From the human T2T-CHM13v2.0 reference genome, Homo sapiens: a stretch of DNA of 64,000 bases. Shown here piece by piece: positions 1 through 11,901 of the stretch. The number at the start of each line of letters is the position of its first letter. Positions within the stretch are counted from its first letter, which is position 1. The translations under genes were made by a program, and so were the position numbers. The notes under the pieces were generated by a model. It saw only the letters and a list, made by a program, of their open reading frames with translations. It did not search any database and was not told the origin of the DNA. The stretch lies in NCBI RefSeq assembly GCF_009914755.1, contig NC_060929.1; one strand, given 5' to 3'.

Positions 1-1828
1 GGCAGTTTAGTTGCAGTTCAGCATTTCAGCTACACAATTCCATTTTCAGAAAGAATATATTAGGATTTGGGAATAAGTCTACATTGACTCATAATAGAAA
101 TGTAAATGTGAGGTTCTTTAACTTTTTGAGAGACTCTTCATGGGATTCTGAGAGAGACCAGGATTGATCCTTACAGACTGGATGACTGTGATGTCCACTA
201 AAAGAGTCACCCAAGTGGCTCTGCATGTGCAACAATATGAATACACTTAATCTTGCTGGGACTCCCCTGGGGATCAGCAGTCCACTGTACATAGTTGGAT
301 GGATATTCTAATGAGACACTTGGGGATGGAGAGGGTCAGACTTCCAAGGGGCATGTGCAGTCACATTAGATGATCACCAAATGGCCTGCTAAAAAGCACA
401 GTGCCATTTCTCTGTGGAACCTCACTTTTGCTGTAAGGAAAGGGCAAGTTCATGGGCAGTTAAATCACTTAGAACATTAATGGAGAGGTGGAGGGCTGCC
501 CCCAGCTTCCATGCAGTTTCCTGTCTCTCTGTTGAATCAATGTTGAACAAATATTGAGAGAATCTTTATTTAACTGCATCCTGGTTACCAGTTCTGTAGC
601 GTCCACATGTGTCCCAATCCCATCATTAACCTGGATGTGATGTAGATCCCTCTCTGTGTGCCAGCTCCGTGCCATGGTTCCACATGCATCGACGGAATCA
701 CTCTCATTAGGTCGTCCCAATGGAGGGAGGCCAATCGGGGAAAAGTTCAAGAGTTAGAATAATTTTAAGAAATTAGGCTTGATTATTTTCAAGTTTCCAC
801 CAACAGGAACTCGTTGTGGGGTTAGAGGGGAAGAGGAGACACTTGTCTTAGAGAACCCTGTGAATGTCTTAATAATCAGATAAGAATCTTGTTTACTTAG
901 CATTTTCAGTATTAGAAAGCAAGTAGGACCAAAGTGAGACTTGAGAACTGTGTGTTCTTCACTGCAGAGATTCTACAAACAGATGTATGCTTAGACTTCA
1001 TGAACCGTGCAGGAAGGCATTGAGATTCAGTTGGGAAGAGTTTCGGAAGAGACTATGAATGATTAAGCTGGAAAACATCAAAGGAGAATGGATTTCTCCT
1101 TAAATGCCCTCTACAATATTATTTGTCTTCAAAATGTTCGAGTGATTTTAATAGTATCCTAGTGTTTATCTTATAAATTCCTCCTCATTCTTTAGAACCC
1201 ACTTTGGTGCCAGTATCACTGATCAAGAAAGTGATCCCTAATCTCCCCTGCCTCCTAGAATTCATCTGCCCTTTCCACATGCTGATGTCACTACTCTGAC
1301 CACACTGAATTGTCAGTGGGCTTATTTGCAGGTCTGTCTTCCATACTGGACAGGGAGGTCTTTGAGTCTAGGTATTGGCTTCATTTATCTCTGGGTCCTT
1401 ATTTCAACCGAGCATTTGGCACACTGCAATTACTTGGTATGTATCTGATTAATAAAGAAACACACTTATCATAAGTACAATATTTATTCTGCAACTTTTG
1501 GTGGCCATGAATAAACATGCTGGTTTTCTTTCCGGCTTCAGGTCATAGTTTATTCTAACCTAATTAAATTAACTCATGGATGAGACCACTGAGTTTAAAT
1601 CATTCTCCCAAGGCTATAGAACTTGTTAGATGGCCCATCCAGGACCAGGACACAGGCATCCAAGGACGCAGGACTCCAAGCCTGGTGCTCTTTCTTTCCC
1701 CTTTTCATTTCTGACTTCAAAAAACAGCACATGTTTAGAATAGAATGTTAAAGAACAAAGAAAATTCCTCCTAAATTCAACTACCTAGAGACAACCAACA
1801 TCAGCATTTTGGCAAATATCCCTTCTAA

Positions 1829-1850
1829 TGTGTGTGTGTGTGTGTGTGTG
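1829..1850. repeat. (TG)n microsatellite
   Basis: About 11 consecutive TG units. Confidence 0.95.
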
Positions 1851-2249
1851 CGCATGTATACAATTTTACACATGTAACTAGCTATTAAATGGGGTTCTTT
1901 GAGTTGTTTCAGAGTGTTAGCTGAGGCCCCAAATCTCAGGACAATGGAAGACAAGTACTCACACATTCTAGAGAGAGGAGCTGGAGCATTCTTACTGAAA
2001 GATGTCCAACTGGCTTTCCACTATCAACATCCAGCACCCACTCCAGCCCTTATGCAGTGAGTGGCTAGAGACACTTCTGGGGAAAAATCATTCAACAAAA
2101 GGAAACTCACAGGAGGAGGCAATACTGTGGTATGTCTCCTCCTCTCAAGCCCAGTGAAGGATCCAGAGAGAGGGTGAGGTCCCTGCCAGCAGAGGAAAAT
2201 TGTACCTTACTGCCACAAGTGAAGCTTGCTGCATTGTAACACAGACCTG

Positions 2250-2297
2250 CAATGAAAAGTAATTGCAAAAACTGCAATTACTTTTACACCAACCTAA
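2250..2297. mobile_element. MADE1 (Hsmar1-derived mariner MITE) fragment, one TIR plus centre
   Basis: gcaaaaactgcaattacttttacaccaacctaa followed by TA matches the MADE1 terminal repeat (GCAAAAACCGCAATTACTTTTGCACCAACCTAA). The other arm is missing. Confidence 0.85.
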
Positions 2298-2779
2298 TAG
2301 AAGAAAACACAGAGGCTTTTCCTGGTCTGCTCCCTGATTGAAACACAGGAGATTCTTGGGAGAGCTGAAAATGGCCCAGAGTCTAAAGACACAGACACAG
2401 AGACGGTGCATGTCTCTCACTGGGAGAATCCCAAAGTCTCATTCAGGGAGAGAAATAATTCCACCAGGAGGAGTGATCCCCTTCACAGGCCAGGGGTGGT
2501 GGAATTTCTTTTGAGTCATGTGCATGCCAGGCATCCTGTAAGGAGCCCACTTTTGGCTGCCTATGGAGGTAGGGTGGAGCTGCAAAAAAAACAAAAAAGT
2601 AGGTTCATAGATGACTTAAATTAACAGATTACTGATCTTCCTTACCTCCAGCTAGGCTCTGAGCCTCAGGTGAAACCTGATAGTGAGGGGAAGGGCAAAA
2701 ACTTAAGATGTGAGATTTAGATTTAAAATATGTTTTCAACCTGAACACAATGAAAAAACAGTGAAATATACCAAGATAT

Positions 2780-3203
2780 TGTTGTGGTGGACACATGAAA
2801 TGCCATGCAGATACCCCTTTAAGTGGAACTCTTGTCCCAGCCATTTGGAGTGCTGTCAGGAGAAAACCTGGCCTTAGCCTCCTGTGGGGATGGCCTCAGC
2901 TGGAGAGAGCCTCCTGAGCAAGTCCATCACACCCATCCCAGGGTAGCCCAGATCCCATGACTGAGGCAGAGGATATAGAGGCTTTGCCATTTCAGTCCAT
3001 TATGGGACCATTTTGTCTCTAGAGCTCCCTAAAGTTGGCCAAGGTGTCATTGTTCTGGCAGGTACCAGAGTTCACCTTCTCCCTGTCCAATCTGTGCCCT
3101 TTCCCTCTTTAACAGGTGTTGTTCCCAAGGGCTCTCCGTGATAAACATCTTACAACTAGACTCTGTCTCAGAGTCAAGTTCCTGGAGAATCTTACTTGAG
3201 ACA
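2780..3203 (+). mobile_element. ERVL solo LTR (LTR16-like)
   Basis: TG...CA termini. The 3' end gataaacatcttacaactagactctgtctcagagtcaagttcctggagaatc..gaca resembles the LTR16 U5 end. Confidence 0.6.
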
Positions 3204-3369
3204 ATTGTCCAGAGAAGCAAAATCAAACCAAATATGTTTGAAGGGAGAAAAAAAAATAGATATTTCCTACTCATGCCCTACTGATGGCAGTATTCCTATA
3301 AACACAAAAATAAAATCAACTAGACATTATCTTTTATAAAATGCTTTTCAAAATTCCTTTTTATTGAGT

Positions 3370-4060
3370 GTTCAGATATGTCATTCCTTTTTAATGGCTG
3401 CATTATATTCCTTTCTAGGAAATGTAACATATTTAACCAACCCTCCCTGTTTAGGCTTACAGGCTATTTCCAAATTATACTATTGCTGCAGGAATCCATG
3501 CATACATTTTTGTGTGCTTGTTTAATTATACTTTTATGATATAGTCACAGGAGAGGGATTACTGGGCTAAAGGTATTTTCTTTTTAGATAGTGCAATCCA
3601 CATTTTATTATAGAAGTTTTATATTAATTTTTACTTCAACCAAGTGTAGATAAATGTGATGCATCTCCATATTCTTGCCAACTCTGGGCATTATTAATCT
3701 TGTTCATCTTTTATAATATATTAGGTGGCATTGTTTTATTTATTATCTCTTTATTTACTTATGTTTTCTGAAGAGGTTGAAAATATTTTTATGTATTCAT
3801 TGGCCAGCCTAACCTCTTGGCTTGGGATCTGGCTCTTCTGTCTTGACACTCCATTTTTACTGGCATCTTTGTATTTTTCCTTGCTTACTTAGAGGTGCTC
3901 CTTTTTTAGGTATTAAGAATGTTTCACCACTTGACTGGCAAATAATTATCTGGTTTGCTGTGTGTCTCTTGAATTGGAAAACATTGAATATGGAACATTT
4001 TGGCTTTATGCTCCCAAATCTATAGGTCTTTTTCTTTATGGGTTTTATTGTTGGTGTTTC
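3370..4060 (-). mobile_element. Old L1M (L1ME-like) 3' fragment
   Basis: T-rich, with diverged L1 antisense motifs (tttaaccaaccctcc, gattactggg..aaaggta, catattcttgccaac, gaggttgaaaatatttttatgtattcattggcc). Confidence 0.6.
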
Positions 4061-4616
4061 TTCCAATAAGAACAACTGTCTTGCTTATATTACTGATTTT
4101 CCTAAAACGTTATTTTCTTTGGGACAAAATTAAATATTTGCCTAGTTATGAATTATAAGAATTCAAATTTATAGTTTTTTGAAGTCATATTATCCATACT
4201 AGCATTACTCAAACACACACAACCTGACCATGCCTATATATCATTGTCTTGAGTGCACATTATTATTAATCCAGCCCTATTCCTTTCTCTTATTCAAATT
4301 AATAGAGAGATTATTTTGAATGAAAAGTAGCACAAACTTTCTTGGTGACTATCCCAGGTTATAATACTTGTAAGTCAGCATCTCCAAGGCAGCATTTTGA
4401 TAGGCATTCTTATGACTGCCAAAGTTTCAGCTTCTCTTTCCAAAAAGTGAGGATAATCAGACCTACCTTATGGGATTGTAGTAAAGAATGAATAACATAG
4501 ATGTAGGGCATCAGAAGAAGCTAATCAATGATATTATTATTATTTTAATTATTAATTTATTTTTCTTCCTTCTTCTTTAAAGAGTTTATAGTTGGATAAT
4601 GTGGATGAATGCCACA

Positions 4617-4890
4617 TACCTCGTAGACTTGTATCCACAATTCAAAACCCTCAAATTTTTGTAAGTTTGTGAAAAACTCATTTGGTGATGAAACCTGACT
4701 TGCACTGACATGAGGTATTTATAGTTTTTATGATCCCATTTACTGGGAATATTCATATACTCATATATTATACTGTAGATCTTAATGGATTTGATTATTG
4801 GGTACCTCCCCTTTTATGAATATAAAAATTTCCAGATTCAGTGGTACATCTTGTCCCAAGGACTTCATAGAAGGAATTGTGGAATTGTAC
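4617..4890. mobile_element. DNA transposon fragment (MER96B-like)
   Basis: aaaactcatttggtgatgaaacctgacttgcactgacatgaggtatttatagt..tttatgatcccatttactgggaatattcata resembles the recalled MER96B core. Confidence 0.55.
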
Positions 4891-5508
4891 AGTCTGATTT
4901 CCACAAAAGGCCCTGTATCCCATAGTAAGTGTCCACTATGAGCAGTTTAACAATACCGCTGATCATATTAAATTGGAGTTAGTCATTTGAATTGTATTGT
5001 TTTTGTTCTTTTGTTTGTTTTTAATTGGAAATGTATTTTGTATATGCATTTGTTCAAAATTATATATATTTAATATTACTTTCTAATTTTGTGTTTATAA
5101 TATTGAGGTACTATTATAATAAAAGTAATGTAAGTATATAAAAAATTAAAAAGATCAAGGGAAAAGAAAAACATTTTGTAGTTAAAATTAACTTGAAAAA
5201 CACTTTAAATGGGCCCACAGGAGACAAGCTAGATTCACCTATGATTTTAAAAATATATGTGTGTGTATATGTATATATATATATGCATGTGTGTATGTAG
5301 CACTATATGCATATATAAGTATATAACATAGGCTCTAATAAAGATTCAAAATCTTAGCCTCCCTCCCAAAAACTCTGCTTATTTTTCTCTTTTGCTAAGA
5401 GCGTATGGAGCCCACCCAAGTTAAATGGGCTAATGAGGCATTCAGTATGTTTATTAGGAAACGCTACCTATACCCATAGTCACAGAAATGACTGATTTCA
5501 TCACTTGA

Positions 5509-5814
<306 letters not shown>

Positions 5815-6099
5815 CACTTGACTCGTCTTTTAACTAATTCCATCCTAACCCCTTTAGCGGCCACATGTGCAAGAGGTTGGAAGAAACTAATGAAATGAAG
5901 CAGTTGGTGCAGAATAATACAGATAGAGCTTCAATCAGAACATTCACATATTCACAGAGAAAACCAGCAAGAAAAGTTTAAATGTAACAGTTGTGGGACA
6001 GTTTAGGACTGTAGTTGCATGCAAAAGCCAGACAGATAAGGTTAATATATGAGATAAACAGGCCATTAGAAAGAAAATAATGCAGGCTGATGAGGGATA

Positions 6100-6352
6100 G
6101 CAAATGAAAGTATTTCCAGTATCACAGTATAGATAGGCAGTGGTGGGGTCATGGTGATTTGCACTTTAACTGCAACTCAGTGTCACCATATCTTCTGTTT
6201 TTATATTTCAAGAAAAAAGGAGAAAGCTGGGGTTTTATGTGAATTCTTCTGACTTCCAGTATTGGCAATTAATTCAATAAAAGAATAGTGTGGGTCAAAT
6301 AAAATACATCTGTGGGCCAGATCTCATCTTCAGACCATCAGTTTGCATCCAG
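6100..6352. mobile_element. hAT DNA transposon fragment (MER102-like)
   Basis: gtgtgggtcaaataaaatacatctgtgggccagat...cagtttgca end motif. A related copy in the opposite orientation lies at ~32030-32400. Confidence 0.45.
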
Positions 6353-8304
6353 TGTCTCAGAATCTGGACGACAGTCATTAGCATCCTGAATAAACTTGGC
6401 CTCCTATTTCTAACACTGGTTGAAATAATAGAGTGAAAGAAGACAGGAACTCTTGTGGTAAATCATATTATTTTCATCTGAGGTGATAGCTTTGGCTGTG
6501 GCTCAAGAGTTCACTTCTGGAAGCCAGAAATCTCTCCCTGTCCTTTTTAGTGTTTTTGGCTAATCTTTGTAGAAATTAAACTGGATTGGAGCAAATTGGA
6601 ATGGATACTCAAGGACCAATTAGAGGGCTTTATAACCCTTCATTTCAAAGTGAATCCCAAACTGAAATTTATTCTCTTTCCATTCCCTTTATCTAGACTT
6701 CTTAGAGTAGTATAAGGTGCTGAATGTTTAACACTGAGTGTTTCTTTTGGCCAATCTTTGAGATCAATCTGTTTCACTAACAAATGACAATCATTTAATG
6801 ATGGAATGTTTTCTCTCATTTCCATGGAAACACAATTATGTGGCAACAGATTTGCAAAGTCGTTAAAGAAAACAGCTTTCATCTTTCAACCCTGGCTTGT
6901 GTTCTATACATTTCTTCATGCAGCAATATGCATTAGGTGCCTGTAATGTACTAGATGCTATTTTAGCTGCTGGGAATAGAGTGGAGACTCAGACAAATTT
7001 CCTAGATTCCTGTAAGAAAAAGTTAAATCTACAATGATACATTTGATGCCACTTCTAATATATACATTCAAAGTGGAAATATAGAAATATATATTGCACA
7101 AAGCCAAATATAAAACCCTAGACTACCCTATCCTCACAGGATAGAGGAAAAGACTGTAGCCATCTATAGTCTTCCCTGTAGACAAGGAAAAGAAGCACAG
7201 AGAGGGAAAGACAGACAATGAAGTAAGATAGTAGTGAAAACGGTGAAATTAAAACTCCTGCCAATGCAGATGAGCACAGACAGCTCTCTGCATCAGGTAG
7301 TAAGAGACTCCTTCATTTATGTGTCTCCAGTTGTCAGCTCTGTATTTCACAAATTAGAAATTGATAAACAGAAATGGCTACTTTAGTGGAAGTTGAACTT
7401 ACCATTCTCTGTAGTTGCATTAGTAACTGGATTTCCCAGGCAAGGTTGGAAGGAAATCCCAACTGGAATGAATAAGCCAGTAAAAATGTCCAACTAATAA
7501 TCACAGCTTAGTTTTAAGAGGCAAAAGAACTAAAAACAAGACTGTGACAATATAAACAAAGATTAAAGATGATGTCTGCTTATGTAAATGTCTCCAGCAA
7601 AAGAAACTACAGACCTGGGTTCTAATGTGGTTAAATAACTGCTGCTCATCTTGACTTCATCTTTTATATCATGCTTTTTCTGAATAAAACTCTTGACAAA
7701 AAAAATCAATAGGTTGGGTGAGATCATCAAAGCAAAATTATTTTACAAGTCAAGCTTCCCTATCAGCTGGCTCTCCCAAGGCAGATTACAGCATTTGTCT
7801 CAATGAACGTCAAATTAAACAGTTCCTGTGTATTTCTGGAGGCAAAGTCTGAAAGTGCAAAAGCTAACATGCTAGGAAACTTTTTTTTAAGGATTGAGAA
7901 ACATTTTCCCCAGCTTACAAAGACACAGTTTTGACTATAGCTTTTTTTTTTTTTTTTTTTTTTTTGCTCCCCTAAAACTGTCTGCTAAAGGGAAGGGGAA
8001 GACTAGGTTTAAAAAAAAAACTTTATGAAATAAAGGGTTCTTACTTTTCTGTTTAGACATATGATCAAATGAACAGATCATTAATTGAATAAATTGTCTA
8101 GATATTCTTGTCACATTCAAAAACAAATTTTTATTGAACTTCATACATAATTGAGAATGGAGTGCTTTGTGTTGTTGTGGGGATAATTCAGGTAGTACTT
8201 CATCTTTCTGTTCCATTTAGTATGTAGACGTACACTATAGCACACAGCAAAAATAGATTCAGGAGAAGTGACAACTTCTGAACAGTAAAAGATGACTTCT
8301 ACAT

Positions 8305-8500
8305 AGTTATTTATTTATTCATTAAAATGTTTATTGAACACATTATGGACAGGGTGCTATACATAACACTGAAGACACAATGATGAAATAAAATGGATGT
8401 GGTCTCGCCCTCATGGAATTCATAATCTATAGGTGAGATAGACAACAAACCAGACATTTTTAAGTATGATGAGGGTTATGAAGAAGAAATTCAGGTTATC
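8305..8500 (-). mobile_element. L2 3' end fragment
   Basis: ttattcatt..aaatgtttattgaacac..gggtgct...ccctcatggaattcataatcta, typical of an antisense L2 tail. Confidence 0.6.
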
Positions 8501-8539
8501 CTCCAGGTCTCTGCAGAAGTGTCACTTCCTTCTAGAAGA

Positions 8540-8801
8540 CATCCCTGACCTGGGGGATTTGTAGAAAGTTGATATGACGGGAGAAGGAGGGAGATGAAGA
8601 AATGAGTGAAGCCACCTGAATGTTCTAGTCTAGCTCCCATCTCATTCCAGATGCATGAGAGAATGGAAGCAAGGATAACAGAAAAACCATAGAGCCATGC
8701 CCCACTCAGTCTTCAAAATTATGAACAATAAGAAAGCCATCGTTACGTTAAGCCACTACATTTTGGGGCAGGTTGTTATATGGGGATAAATAACCCAAAC
8801 A
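8540..8801 (+). mobile_element. MaLR LTR 3' part (MLT1-type)
   Basis: Ends ..ttaagccactacattttggggcaggttgttata..gataaataacccaaaca, the MLT1 U5 terminus. Confidence 0.6.
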
Positions 8802-8814
8802 TAGTGGCTTCCAT

Positions 8815-10500
8815 TTTGCAAGTTAAAGTGACCTTTTTAATTGTGAATCTGGATGTCACAGGGCTTGGCTGAGCCTAAACCAGGAATCTCAGTGGGTCTC
8901 AACGTACGTGCCTCCCCAGGCACCTATTTCATGGGGAAGAAAAGAGTTGGAGAGGGAAAGTTTTAGTGCAGGTGATGATATCGATAGATCCTGGGGATGA
9001 AGGGCAGGAAATCCAGTACATCTTCCTCAAAAAGGCCTCATAGTGTGGATTTCAGTCCTGGACAGGCTATTTTCTCCACATGTGGGTGGAGCCCAGTTCA
9101 GGGTTTGGGAGCATTGGGAACCAAAGGGAAGGTGACCCATTTGGCAGTGCCTTGAGGGCTGCAGTATTAGGCACTCCTGAATGTTGCTTTGAGGGAAGAG
9201 AAACCACGTCACAAAGGAAGAGTTGAGGCATCATTCTGAAGGCAGTTGAACTTTCCAGAAGGCCAGAGTGAAGGATCATGAATGGGCTCGCATATGCGGC
9301 ACTCCCCAGGGATGCCCCAGGCAGCCGTGCAGAATGGGGGAAGGGGTCAGAGTGGTGTGGGTTCAGGTCTGAGAAATTTGAATATCTGTGTTACTAGGCT
9401 CTTTTTCATCTCCAGAGAGGCTGTCCCATCTCCCTTTTTGCTTTTTATCTCCTCCTTCTTCATAATTCTTCCTTCTAGGAGAAGTAGCCTAACCTTTCTA
9501 AAGTAGTTTTTTTTCTAAAAAATACACTTACGGATTTCTTAAAAATCAGGGCCCCTCTGCTTTGCCCTCTTGGCACTAAGGAAATAAATAACCAGAGGGG
9601 GCACAGCTAGGGAAAGGGGAAAAAAAATCAGATCTCAAGACAGATTCTTTGAACTACCCTTTCTCCATCCCCAACTCCCACCCACCTATGGCTCTTGGGA
9701 CATAGCACCTGAGCAAGCACCTCAGTGCGGGTAGAGTGTGATCGGCACCAGGGCATGTCTGCCCTACCTAAGAAGGGAGACAGGCCCTGGGGTCACTTGT
9801 TTCCAGCCCTTGATGACCCCAAGACCTGTTCCCCACACTGTACATAGTATTTTGCTTTCGGATGTCCTGGTGGGAGATGAACTTAGGAAGATCTCTCATC
9901 CAGGGAGCCCCCACTCCAAGTGCCCGGCTTCCAGTTTAGGCAGGGGTGGAAGGTCTCAGTGACATGCTGTGGTTTAGCCAGCCCAGGGTTGCTCTGATCC
10001 AGCAGGGAGAAGGTGACACAGTGGGCAAAGGGCCACTCAAGGAGATTGTCAAAGGCACCAGGCAGCAAGCCAACGTACAGTGAGAGGTGTGTGCCCTCGC
10101 CACTGCCATTGCCATTGAGGAATGCAGACACCTGCAGCTTGTAACCATACTTATGTGTGTAGAAGGCTGGGCTGAAGCACTCAAGGTTGGGCTTGGCCTT
10201 GGCCTTCTGTAGCCACCGACCATAGCTGCCAATCTTCCAGATGAGCATACCATCACTGCCCACTGATAGCTCCTCCAGCTCTTGCTGAAGGTCCTGCAGC
10301 TCCTGCCATTGCCAACTCAACAGAGCACACATCATGGCCAGATGTGGCTTCACACTGTCCTCCACATGCCGTGCCATTGCCAGCTTAGGGCGCCAGTGCT
10401 TGCAGCTGGAGTCTTTGAATGAGCATAGCACCAGGGCGGTGCTACAGCTGTCCTTCAGATGGTCTGGCAGGTCCTCCCGAGCCACAGTGCCCACACCACA
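8815..10500 (-). pseudogene. TRAF4: 5'-truncated processed pseudogene (retrocopy) of TRAF4: last TRAF zinc finger, coiled coil, most of the MATH/TRAF-C domain and probable 3'UTR
   Basis: ORF 9883..10506(-) reads CGVGTVAREDLP.HLKDSC..ALVLC.FKDS.CKH..PKLAMARHVE.SVKPHLAMMCAL...LIWKIGSYGR.L..AKAKPNLECFSPAFYTHKYGYKLQVSAFLNGNGSGEGTHLSLY...PGAFDNLLEWPF, recognisable as the TRAF4 C-terminal half. It is intronless, has no RING domain or ATG at its 5' end, and carries small deletions and a frameshift near the end (PKFISHQDIRK continues out of frame at ~9855-9887). GC-rich UTR-like sequence follows to an ATTAAA on the minus strand at 8836-8841. The 3' boundary is approximate. The symbol refers to the parent gene. 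Confidence 0.93.
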
Positions 10501-11089
10501 GTACAAATTTTAATCCATAAAATTGGTAGAATAACATCTACTGTAAGATGATGCATGTATGTGCTTAAGTACGTGGCATACTGTCAGAGTTCAATAATGA
10601 CTAAATCTATTATTATTCTACTTGGAAACACTCCTAATCCATTTGAAAGCAATTAGCTAAAAGCTGGCTATTGTTGGCTTCTAAAAGATAAGGGGCATTG
10701 GTGAGGCACAGGATTAAATTGACAGAGAAGTCTGTTAGTGGGTATATCCAGGATTATTCTGTCCTTGTGCCAATCTGCTTAGATGTCTCTGAGAAAATGA
10801 GCAGAAGAGGCAGAGCACATTAGATAGTCAAAAGATATTTAGCGAACGCCTCCTACGTGCTAGCACTGGAAATAGGGCGATAGATGAAACTAACTACATC
10901 CTCTCATAGAGCTTACAAGGAAACAGGAAAGGCAAATATTAAAGAAACGTCAACTCAAATACTCATTAATTGTAGGTTGTGCGGGGTATTACAAAATGCC
11001 CACTGCCTACTGACCCATTTGGACAACATTTTGTATCTTCCCAGCAGACCGCCAGCCCAGAAATCAGATTCAGTTTTTCTTAAACAGAC

Positions 11090-11290
11090 CCAATTTTCCC
11101 TGGATTCAGATCCAGGTCACTTACTATTAAGATCAAATTTAGTTTCTGAGTCTCAGTTACCTTATTTGTAAATTGGGGGATGTTATAATCATTCCAATCT
11201 CAAAGGATTATTGAAGAGTTCATTAACTGAAGCCTGGGTGAAATCTCCCTCAATGCCTGGCTCATGGTGAGTCCCAGTAAATGCTGTTTC
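11090..11290 (+). mobile_element. MIR SINE
   Basis: tctgagtctcagttaccttatttgtaaattggggg core motif. Confidence 0.6.
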
Positions 11291-11595
11291 ATTCCTTTTT
11301 CTAGTGTAGAAACACATTAAACTTACGAGTGGGCTGCTCTGAGTATCAAACTTGAAGACAAAGATAAGATGAACACACATACTCCTCACATGTGAGGTTT
11401 GAGCTCTTAATTCAGAGAAATGAGCGTATTAACAGAAGAATTTTTTTGGCAACGTTACTGAGTCCTCCCTCTCTGGATTGTTCCCTGTCAATTGTATTTT
11501 AAACAAGCTATGAATGGGAACCAAACCAAAACCGTTTTGTTTTAGCAGCAGCAGGTTAAAAGTTGTCTGAACTACATCATCCAATAAAAGGCTAA

Positions 11596-11901
<306 letters not shown>

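Noticed and set aside
2250-2297. Possible miR-548-type hairpin from MADE1
   Set aside because: One arm of the MITE is missing, so the full hairpin cannot form.
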